64,000 nucleotides of DNA from Eledone cirrhosa (Eukaryota): assembly GCA_964016885.1 (NCBI GenBank), contig OZ024743.1:39928001-39992000 (forward strand), in the 5' to 3' direction. The position numbers and the translations under genes are program-made. The number at the start of each line of letters is the position of its first letter. Position 1 is the first letter of the stretch. Positions 53,323 to 64,000 of the stretch are shown here, piece after piece. The notes under the pieces were generated by a model. The model ran no database searches and was not told where the DNA came from. It was given only the letters and a program-made list of their open reading frames with translations.

Positions 53323-54533
53323 ATATATATTTGTAGTAAGGTTGCTTGGATGCGTCTATATGCGGTATGATGGTTGAACACTCAATGCTTCTTCGGAGCA
53401 GAATATGATAATATGGAAAACGAAGAATCAGTGACGCATCGGAACACAATTTATTGCGTATTACAAATGTTCTCCCGCGAACATATATTTAAAAGAAGGA
53501 AAAGAAGGACTTCATTTGTGGTTCTAAACCATCTTATTTAAATTTATAATATAATTTTACAATTTGGTTTTGTAGATCTAGTAAGTTCTTTGTTAACTTC
53601 GCTGGGGAGAATTTTAAAGATTGCTGGTTAACTTTCCTGGAGAACTTTCTCGCATTCGTGGGTGGCGATTGGCAAACTAATGTTTGACGAATGCGAGAAA
53701 GTTTTGCAGGAAGTCAAACCCAACTGATTAGCCTGCGCACATAAATTAATCAGCGGGGAAGGTGTCTTCGTCTACGTAAAATAATTGAGATGCATTTGCT
53801 TCGATGGGTCCGATCTTCTGGCAGTGTTTCCAGGGAACAACAATGTGCAGATTATTAATTATTTTTCGTAACTTTAGGTAATTTGGCGTGGAACCGTTTC
53901 CTCATCGAGAGTTCACCTCCCTGTAATGAAACAATCTATATGGCGTCCTATTACCTTCCGTTGCTATTTGCAATTGAATGTAATAGTTTTCAACTGCTAA
54001 TGACGCCTGACGTCACATCAAACAAAAAATAAGTGAGGCCTGGCCATTTACAGGAACATACGATGGAATTGATTCATAATGAAAAAATATGACGATGTGA
54101 AAAGCACTTTACAAGGGTGATTTCATATAGAAAACAAGGACAGTACAGTAAACAATAAATAAAAAAAGGCTTGGAAAACAGAGTTAGAAAGTTTAACTTA
54201 CAATTTAAATGCAGTAAGGATTCCCTCTGAATGAACATGTTTAGGATTCGAAGCTTGTCGAATAGAATGAACATACCTTCGGTCAATTCGCTACTCACTC
54301 AATAATCGATTAAGTTTGTATTATTAAAATTTAAATCTAACTACTTTGAATACACACATACGTTAATCAGTGAGGAAGACGTTATCGTGTAGGTAATATA
54401 TATATGTAAATATATATAGGTAAATATTGATGCAATTCAATTCAAGCACTCAACGTACTTTTTCCACATAGGAGTGACGGAGTAAATATCGAATAAGGAA
54501 AAGCGAACATCTGAAACTACTTCGCTTTTCCTT

Positions 54534-54603
<70 letters not shown>

Positions 54604-56363
54604 ATATATGCAATTTTGAAATATGTTCATTTGTTAAATTAAATGTGAAATTACTTTTTGTCAGAATGATTTTTTGTATTTGGATTAAATTACTCACATA
54701 AATATTTTGAGTTATTGAGACTGAAATGTTATTCGGATTCGTTTCTTTAGCCTTTTCATCATTTATCGATTAACTATTTTTTTATCTTTTTTGTTATATA
54801 TATGCTAATCAATATTTATATAACATGAATAATCGTTAGGTCAGTGACTGATTTGAAGCACCCACCGTTTTCTTTTGTAGATTCAACTAGTAATAGTTTT
54901 ACTGTTGTCAATTTTAACTTGTGTTAGACCACACATAGAATGGAACTGAGAAACAAATTTTAGCATCTATTGTTACATTGATGAAGAAAAATATAATTCG
55001 CATGATGTATGTAGACTTACTAAGACATTCTAGGGAAATTTGTCTAGGTAATCTATATGTTGAACGTCTCTGTGTCTCTTTTCTGAGACAAAGCTTGGCA
55101 TGCAGGAAAACTGGTGTCTGCTACAGATGTTTAACATGAAACGATCACCATTGAAATCACATATGAAGCGGGAGTTTTCGTTAACCAAGTCTCTTTGTTT
55201 CTCCTACCCTGCACCTACCTCCATACCTCTAGAAATATAAATTACTTGGTAAAAGCTTTATTCTTTCTTTTTATTTACAGCTCATTGCTGTTTATTTACA
55301 GCTCATTCCCCTAATATCAAAGAAGTCCCGCTATAGGCAACTCGTCTTAAATTCTTTGTAACCGGGGCTAATTCATCTGATTTCTACCTGTGATATGGAA
55401 ACGTGTGATGTGAGAGAAATATAATCTGCGAAATGCCCTTTTATTGATGAAGGGCCACGTAATTTCTGACGCTGTGAGGTATATTATTGCAATGCTGTTA
55501 CATAAAACAACACCAATAGGCATATATAGTGAATGAACAAATCGATAAAAGTTTTCCCACGTAAGGATTGATAATAAACGTATGTATACAAAATGGCTTT
55601 ATATTTCTATATATCTGATTGTCTTGTAAACATGATTGATAACGAACCTGTGTAGTAACTCAATCTGCAAGAAATATCAGCAATGTTTTCGTAAAACACA
55701 CCCTACCATATAACTGCTGAATTTTAAAACACACATTCTTATATTGTAGAATGAAGTGCAGTTCCAGGCTAATTGATAATCATCTCGATACAATCATTTA
55801 GAGACTTGCATTCAGCTTTCTTGCTATATAGTGTACAGATGTATGCAACAAATGAGAAGTTGTATATGAATCAACACGTTCAATTTGGAAACTCTTCATG
55901 GAAAATAACTAAAAAAAATTAATACAGTTTGAAGGAAAAATAGGAAACATATCAAATGTAATATCAAATAAAAATGCGATCAATTGAGTTAAGCATCACG
56001 TGAAGTCTGGATCATAGAAAACAACGATTAATGATGATTTCAACGGAAACAGTTATGGGTAATTAAATGTAAGACACTATATCATTTGATATGTTGATAT
56101 ATTAAAAAGAATATGTAAACCAGCAGAATTACATAACAATCAATATGTCTAATCAATATGCATACTCTCATGCGCACACATACACACACACCCCACATAC
56201 CAGTATATATATATATATATATATATATATGTAAAATCCCTATTTAATTTATTGGAATTCGACAAACATAAATGCTCATAACTGATTTAGAGCACTCAAC
56301 AGTTTTGTGGAGAAGAAATTCCAGATATTAAATAAATGGAAACTATATTTATAAAACCATATT

Positions 56364-56428
56364 TATTTTATTATATATATTTCAAGGGCAACCAAGGCAA
56401 TCTTTGTGCGCTTTCCTCAGATAAAATA
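56364..56428 (-). ncRNA. Type I hammerhead ribozyme with a canonical core
   Basis: tattttat-CTGAGGA-aagcgca...tgccctt-GAAA-tatata-TA|ataaaata: 8-bp stem I, 6/7-bp stem II, palindromic stem III. Confidence 0.75.
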
Positions 56429-56909
56429 CAAAGTGTGTTTTATAAATAAAGACATAACCATGATAACCAAACCTTATCGGTCGGAAATTCACTGGATAGT
56501 GGAACCATATTAAGGGTTATTCATATTTATGTGTGAATATAAAAATGAATGTGCATATAATTGAAAAAAACAACCGTTTATATAAAGGACGATGGAGAAA
56601 GAAAGGTAAGAAAGTGAGAGAGAAAACAGTATTATTTTGAAATGGATAGAGAGAAGAAATTTACAAGAGGATGAATAGAAGTCATGTAACGTAAATAAGT
56701 TTTAAGTTTATATCTAGTAATGATACGTATATTTAAAGTTAAATTGTTGTTAGCATTCTTTTCTAATATAATATAATATTTAGTATTATAAGTAGATAGA
56801 GAAAATAGATATATATATAGAAAAATAAATATATATAAAAGATTAGTTAGACAAATAACCCATTTTGTCAAAGATATAAATGTTGAAAGATCTATTTATA
56901 CACCCACTC

Positions 56910-57929
56910 TCTTTGTTTGCTTTGTTTGCGATAGCTTTATCTCTCAGAACTTGGAACACATTTCTTGTCCAACACTGTTTATGATATTTGATATCAATAG
57001 CGTGGGCATCCCCTTCGGCGATGCAAGATGCCATTCTTGTTTTTGGTTCTGGATTAGGAGAGATTTCCATAGCGTTTTTAGAGCTTGGCCCGTATTGACA
57101 GTTTTTACTACAAACAACTATTGGTCACCAAATGATTGACAACAAAAAGTACAAATCATTTTCCAGTAGGTTTGTTGCTGACCGTGTAAACGGCCCTAAG
57201 ATTGCGGCAGAGGTTGATGGCTCACTCCTGTCAAAGCTTGAATGGCGTCCTCGCTTTCTGCGGATATGTGATCCAGTAGATAAAGACCGTTGGTGACGGT
57301 CTCTTGCACGTTGCATTTTGACTTTATCGGTGGCGTTGGAGTAGCACGTGCGATGCCAAAAAGCTTTATTTCTCTGCAAAGTTTCTGTTGTGCAGTCTTC
57401 TAGCCTCTTTTGAATTTTGACAAATCCGCCATCATTCAGTAGTGCTCGCTCCTTCACTGCAGCTAACAAACTATGGTATGAATATAATTTGGGTTGTAAC
57501 ACAAACTGGCCTGTATCTTGTAGGCATAACATACACCGTTTCCACTCAATTGTATCTTGTTGCTGTCTACCAAGTCGTGGATACGTTGCTGTGGCCACGT
57601 TGTTCATTGGTCTGAAAAATTATAAACTAATGAAGTAATTACATGGCATTTATTATTATTATTTTTTCTATCATTATTATTATTGTTATTATGTTAAATT
57701 AGCGACTAAAATTAGAAGTCCAGTTGGTTAGAATTTGAGATTCTGTTGAAAAAGGTTATCGCTAGGCACCATTTTGAAATTCCAAGATGGCCACCGCAGA
57801 CACATTGAAAAAAATGGCAACATTGGGTTTCGGATTCAGTATGTCCTAAAGTTTTCGAAAATGTATAGTTTTGCTAATCTCCAAGAAATCTGAACGAGAT
57901 TACCAATCGTTACATTATGAACTTGACTA
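56910..57929 (-). mobile_element. 5' fragment of a DNA transposon, probably Academ
   Basis: Minus strand begins TAGTC; subterminal caagatggc/gccat motifs; ORF pieces with WKRCMLC, WHRTCY and GDAHAIDIKYHKQC resemble N-termini of Academ-type transposases (from memory, not searched). Confidence 0.55.
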
Positions 57930-58469
57930 TTAGCCTTAATTAATTATTGGTTAAAAATCAATAAATTATTAAAAAATATTAAAAATATTAAACACTCTCG
58001 AAAATGTAAAAAAATTTTCAGAAAATATTTAAAAAATATGAAAAAAAAACACCTTCAAAAAATTTAAAAAAATTTGTTTAAATTTTTAGAAAAAAAAAAC
58101 ATTAACATTTTTTTTTATATAAAAGATAAGTAGATTTTTTAAAAAAAAGTATTTTTTAAAATATATGAAGTAAAAAATAAAAAATAGGAAAAATGAAACA
58201 TTTAATTAGTAAAGATAAGGATTTAAGAAGAAAGGGATAAAGAATTAAGAAACCTTGAAAAATATTAGAATTAAAGTTAAAATTTAAAAGTTTAGGATCA
58301 AATACGTATATAATTTATAAGATTTTAATAAGTGAAATTATAAGAGGTGAAAGTATATCAAACAATATATAGAAATAAGTAGAAGTATGAGTGTAATTAT
58401 AATTTATATATAGTTCTAAACGTAGAATTTAGGCGTTGTTTACAAGAACTAAACAAATTCATACGCAAA

Positions 58470-58640
58470 TTAATAGAGTTAATACACCTTTAGCCAAACT
58501 ATTCTTTAAAGCTCTAGATAAATGCTTCCCTAAAACACATAGATACCACTCTATCTTTAACAGACATACAATAAAACTATCTTACTCTACTACTATGAAC
58601 TTAGCACAAAATATAAATAAAATCAATAATAGAAATTTAA
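58470..58640 (+). mobile_element. PLE fragment (linker between RT and GIY-YIG)
   Basis: VNTPLAKLFFKALDKCFPKTHRYHSIFNRHTIKLSYS fits the PLE pattern DKxFP...IFNRxTxKxSYS. Confidence 0.7.
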
Positions 58641-60016
58641 ACAATATCCAAAATAGCAGGAATATCTCTAGCAATATCCAACATAATAGTACCGTTCCCA
58701 ATAACATCAACTTGGTGGTGAAGCAAAATTCCTCAGCTATGCCGAATATACATAAAGATACGTTGGCAAGCTTCTTAGGGCCTGTGTAATGTACTGAAAA
58801 ACATTTATTTAGCGGTCGGAAATCACAAAATATTACATTGCAAACATTCATAGCGAACACATTCTATGTCTATATAATATAAGGGTGTCGTATGTAGACA
58901 CAAGTCCTGTAATTCTTATTAAAAAAACACTTATTTTCAGATAGTTTAATTGATCGACATCAGACGTATTAAAAATCTGACAATATACTCGAAGGCTTTG
59001 GGCAGTCGATCTCACGTATCTGCGAAACCACCGACCTAATATATAATTGAAGCAATAACTGAACAAACCACTAATTATATTTGTTGAATACGATTATTCT
59101 AGAACATAGATTCACGTTTTTCCAATTCCATACGATCATATTTAACATATTATAATATTTTCCTCTCTGGATTAAAGTTGGAATTCTTACAGCTCTGTAG
59201 ACCTACTCATGTGACGGATATATATGCTAAATAACATATCATATTGAACGTGGTGCATTTCAACTAACTGAAAACATGCGAGTATATACCGATATTACTG
59301 CTTCCCTTGCACATAAACATGTTATTGAGATTTCCACATGAAAAATATTTGCATGTAAGCCATTAATACTTCATATATTTTCGTAGAAAGTGAGTTAATT
59401 TATCACAACGCAACTCCGATGTAGACCTAGAAAAATGTGTTGATTTCTGGTTCAGATCAAACATATCAGAACGATAGAAAATGTCGAAAATATATTTCTA
59501 AAAGGAAGTACAATTTCGCCATTAATGAAATCATAAACATAAATAGAAAGCAAATAAAAGATGTATGTGAATGATTTGGTTGGATACATCATCGTAAAGC
59601 TGTTTTGCTATAGTAGTCGTTATGTTTCAGTGGGGATAGTAACAGTTGATTGAAACTCAGGTATCAATAATCACATTTGCTGTAGGAATATATTTTTAGT
59701 GACAGAGCCGCATATCAATACACAGTCTTCAAAGTGTGATCGATAACAGGAAGGTTATCAAGCAGGACATGTTTTGATATATTTATTATCAGCCGTATTT
59801 CGACCCGTCAAAATATCAAAGACAATTAATAGATTTTTCTAGAAAAAAATTCTAAATAAAGAAAGAAAAGCGATTCGTGTTCATTGATTAACTTTGAGAC
59901 ATATCAAATATTGGCTGAGTAACTCCAAGATTTATAGCTTCAGGAATATCATTTCGTCTATGAACAAATAAAACAAACGCTAATTTCAGCGGTTATAAAG
60001 ATGATGAAAAATATAT

Positions 60017-60080
<64 letters not shown>

Positions 60081-60385
60081 GCACAATGATAAAAGAAAAG
60101 AATCACGCTTCCATTTCGTATGTGTGCCAATTAAATATATAATACAAAGATTTTATTAAAGTGATATTTAAAGAAATCAACACAGTACATATATACAATA
60201 CAGACACACACGCACACACACCATTACACATGCACACACAGACATACAGACACAAGCACACGCACAAACACACACACACACATACACACACACACGCACA
60301 CACACATACACACATATATGTATATATATATATATTTGAAAAGACGGTAAGGTTCTAAACAAACCGACGTTATAGAGAAAAAGTG

Positions 60386-60677
60386 GAACTGGATACAGCA
60401 CGGAAATATATATTTAAATGACCTGTTTTTCTTATCTTCTTCTTTGATCCATCAAAGTGACATTATTGAAAAAAATGAAATGAACAATATTTTTTAAGAA
60501 ACGAGTTTTATATTGTATATAAAATATATGAAGTATTTTATGTATTCTATATACATTATAAAACTCCTTTAAAAAAAAAAGTTGCTCCTCTCATTTTTTC
60601 AATAATGTCTGATAAAAGAAGGAAACAAAGAAAAATAGATAATTTAAATATATTTTCCGTGCTGTTTCCAATTTCAC
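60386..60677. repeat. Degenerate fold-back (~140-bp arms)
   Basis: acagcacggaaa.atatatttaaat...gacattattgaaaaaa...gagttttata | tataaaactc...ttttttcaataatgtc...atttaaatatattttccgtgctgt. Confidence 0.8.
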
Positions 60678-62399
60678 ACACACACACACACTCTGTCTAT
60701 CTTTCTCTCTCTATCTCTCACCCTCTCTCTGTCCATGTATAGATAATGAAGTACACGTCTACAGGTTAGAATTTACTTCATTTATGTTTGTATAATGTTG
60801 TTATATATATTTCGATGCATCATTTATAATCTTCTCAGACAGCTAAGATATGAAGAGAAGCAGAAATCGGAAAAAATAAAAATTAATCCTATTCTATCAA
60901 ATGTCCTGCGCTGATCATTGGTGTTGCTTTCTTAAAGCACCAGCGACAAATGACTTTGAATAGCATAAATGACTTAGCATCAGCACAAATGTGTATACAA
61001 ACCTATTAGGTAGGTCCGCCACCATATCCGCCTGTCATTGTGAATTATTTTTAAGATTTGCCGACCTCTTGCTCAGAAGCGAAGTTATTCACAGATGATT
61101 TAGCAGCAGGGTTCAAACTGCGTTTAAACAAGATTTAAATTAATAGCTGTGTCAGATGGATTTGTCTACAACAACCACAACAGTAATTCTCAACTAATGC
61201 GTATTATATTGCATACTGACCAGAGTGGTTATTATATTATATATGTTGACATAGAGAATTAAAAATGGGATAACAGTAGAGAATGTAAAATTGAACTATC
61301 TGATCGGCAGCTCATGAATAATTTTGAATATCTCGCCAGCGCATTTTCCCAGAACGGCCACTTTGACCTGTGTGTTTTATGGGACGTCACTTGTCACAAC
61401 CAGTCTAAAACTGCTACAGTAAGTGATGGTAGGGACTGGATTTGGATGTGTGGTTATAAACAATATTTCCATTTGAAGAGGACGATAATCCGCTGAGGAG
61501 GTAGTACACCGTCCTGTCGTGAATTGTCTGCGGACGGACACGGTTCGATTTTTATTTAAATAGATTTAGACTCTGGAAAGAGCAATGCAGTTTTTAAGAG
61601 TTGAAATTAATGCATAAATGATCTTATAGCCCTAGCATCGCTCCTTCATAGTCAGCCTATCACATTGTCAACCAACCCTAGAATTAATTCCATGTTAAAA
61701 AATGTGGGTTGAGAGCTTCATTGCTGGTGCAATGCTATATTTAATATACACTTGCTTCCTCTTTCTATGACGCTAGCTGTCCGTGGAAGGTCGCCAGGCA
61801 TGTGGCACATATTTGGGTCCTGTCTTGCACATATTCGTGGACAATGTCTACTGATACATAGCTTAATGCCTCTAGACATATGTAGCCATGGAAGGCTTAG
61901 GTTTCATTAATGAATGGCATTTTCTGAGGACAGTAGAATTTCTGTCACCACCTGACAACCTCCACCCACCTTTATACCACCTAGAAACCCACAATGCTTA
62001 GCATGGATACGTGTGTGCCATTCGGGGATCTTTCGCCGTTACAATAACATCGAATACGTGAGCTATCCACGAACCATTTCTCTATGCTCTGTTTGTGTTC
62101 GCTTATTAAATATCTAATTTTGAAATGAACACCTGTTCAAATCGCCAGTCTTGCTTCATAATCGCAACATTAAAACATCCTCCTTAATTAATATCTATCT
62201 CCGCTCCTGCACAAGCCACGAGATACCTCATCTCCGATGGATGATTTGCATGGCGTCAAGTGTTTTAATTTATTGCATCATCGTTTAATAACCGGAATGA
62301 CAGGTTCTACCCATTGATAAACAAAATAAAACGAATGGGATAAATAAGGCTGTTTATAAACATGGCTTAGAAACTGTGGGAGTATATTAAATTAAATAA

Positions 62400-62585
62400 T
62401 GTTTTCTACTTTTGGCACAATGCCAGCAATTATCCCAGTGCATTACTGGTGCTTTATTTTATCGACACCGTAAGGATGAAAGGCAAAGTTAACCTCGGCG
62501 GGATTTAAACTCAGACTATAAAGGCTCGTAAGTCTTTGCTATAAAGCATGGCGTTAGACCCTCTACCGATACTGCCAATCCACCT
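62400..62585 (-). mobile_element. SINE copy (family of 30375-30560)
   Basis: ttttatcgacaccgtaaggatgaaaggcaaagttaacctcggcgggatttaaactc. Confidence 0.8.
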
Positions 62586-64000
62586 TCTCTACATTTTAAA
62601 GTAGAATAAACAATAAATAGTGGGTTATATAGAAATAAATCAGCAAATGTTTAAATATTGATAAATTGGATCAAATAACTCAGGTAAAACATGAAATTTA
62701 AAAAAAAAAAGATTATGTGGATAAGTAACCAGTGATAAAGTATATGTACTATGTGTATGCATACTGAATATACTCAAGCTCACACAAGTATACTGAGGAG
62801 GTTTAGAAATCTTTACATAGCAATGCACGAAGAATTGCTTTAATGAAAGGAATAGAGTGAGATAAAAATTTAGAGAGCAAGTAAATGAGATGGTGGAAGG
62901 ATTTGGAAACGTATGCACACACACAATCACAAGCACATTAAACATGCACACATAAATACCCGTGTGGACATATACATACACACATGCATGTATATTGACA
63001 TAACTGCATGTAGGCATACATGCACAGAAAAGCGCGAGCATGTACATATGCATATACGTATAGATACATGTGTACACATGCACATGTGCATGCACGTGCG
63101 TATACACACCCATACCCAAACACACATTCATACACAGAAGCCCATGCATGTACATATAAGGAAAGGATGTAGTAAAGTTGTCGACAGTCATGCATGTATC
63201 ATGAACATGCACTCACATATATACCTACTACATTTATACACCCATACAAGAATCAGGGAAGAAGATGTGTATAGTCTTTCTGCAGATATACATATTGGAA
63301 GTATAGCATTTAAAAGGAAACTTACGTGAGGAGTAGTGGTTCTTTGGTGGCACAATGTAGATAATAGGTAGATATGCTGGGTGTGGTGTGGTAAAATGAA
63401 TTGTGGGTCCGGGTTCTCTGCATGTGGGCTCCCCGTGGAAGTACGAGTATTTGGGCAGATGTGTTAAGTGGAGATTAGCCCGGGTACAGATACCTACACA
63501 ATCTTAAATGGTGAGTGGTTCAGGTCACTGCAGCTTGTAAGTGTGGACCATTAGCTTTAAAGGTAATTTATTAGTTTGAGGTATTGGTATGAATTTTGTA
63601 TGCGATGCCTACATTTGGTCACAACACCCATCAAAAGGCTTACTTGAACACACATGGCGAAACCGCTTGGTGCTGCTTTAATCATTTTACACATATCTAT
63701 ACTTACTGTTCATAAATCAAAATCCAATACATTATTGTTTTTATTACACATTGACCTTAGAAAGTGTACTTGGTTTCCTACAATATGGTCTCTTATTGAA
63801 GGAAACTTGAGTTTTAATGATATGAACTTCAGTCCTTTCGGGAAAAGCTACGTATAAAGAAGCGTGACAAAAACAACTTCCTCAAAGATGCACCACTCTG
63901 CCGGTTAAGCATCAAATCCGTCTTGTTTTGATTTTAAGCCGAACACCTTAAACATAGGGGCACAAGCTTTCACAAATACTGCTATGTACAGATATTATCA

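Noticed and set aside
62640-63329. 190-aa and 138-aa ORFs
   Set aside because: Degenerate (CA/TA/TG)n low-complexity sequence.

Overview
AT-rich, repeat-saturated animal genomic DNA with no convincing host protein-coding gene. The SINE types and microsatellite load resemble a cephalopod such as Octopus (inference). 0.7-18.1 kb is a nest of retrotransposons in (AAT)n: two full-length but defective Tx1-clade LINEs, two older Tx1 fragments and a 5'-truncated R4/Dong element on the opposite strand. The rest is (TA)n-rich DNA holding Helitron-like pieces, tRNA-derived SINEs, Penelope-like element (PLE) RT fragments, a probable Academ fragment and many fold-back structures. The main finding is a very young array of 591-bp units at 49.13-53.24 kb. 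Each unit carries a type I hammerhead ribozyme (HHR) with the compensatory U3-A8 core (TTGATAA...GAAA), a 44-nt branched loop II, a palindromic stem III and a GUC site. The array flips orientation next to a predicted cleavage site, giving a palindrome with 1,845-bp arms docked in (TA)n, beside an older diverged unit. Several other HHR-bearing or HHR-remnant families show the same divergent fold-back-in-(TA)n layout. All structures were read by eye; nothing was folded, aligned or searched computationally.
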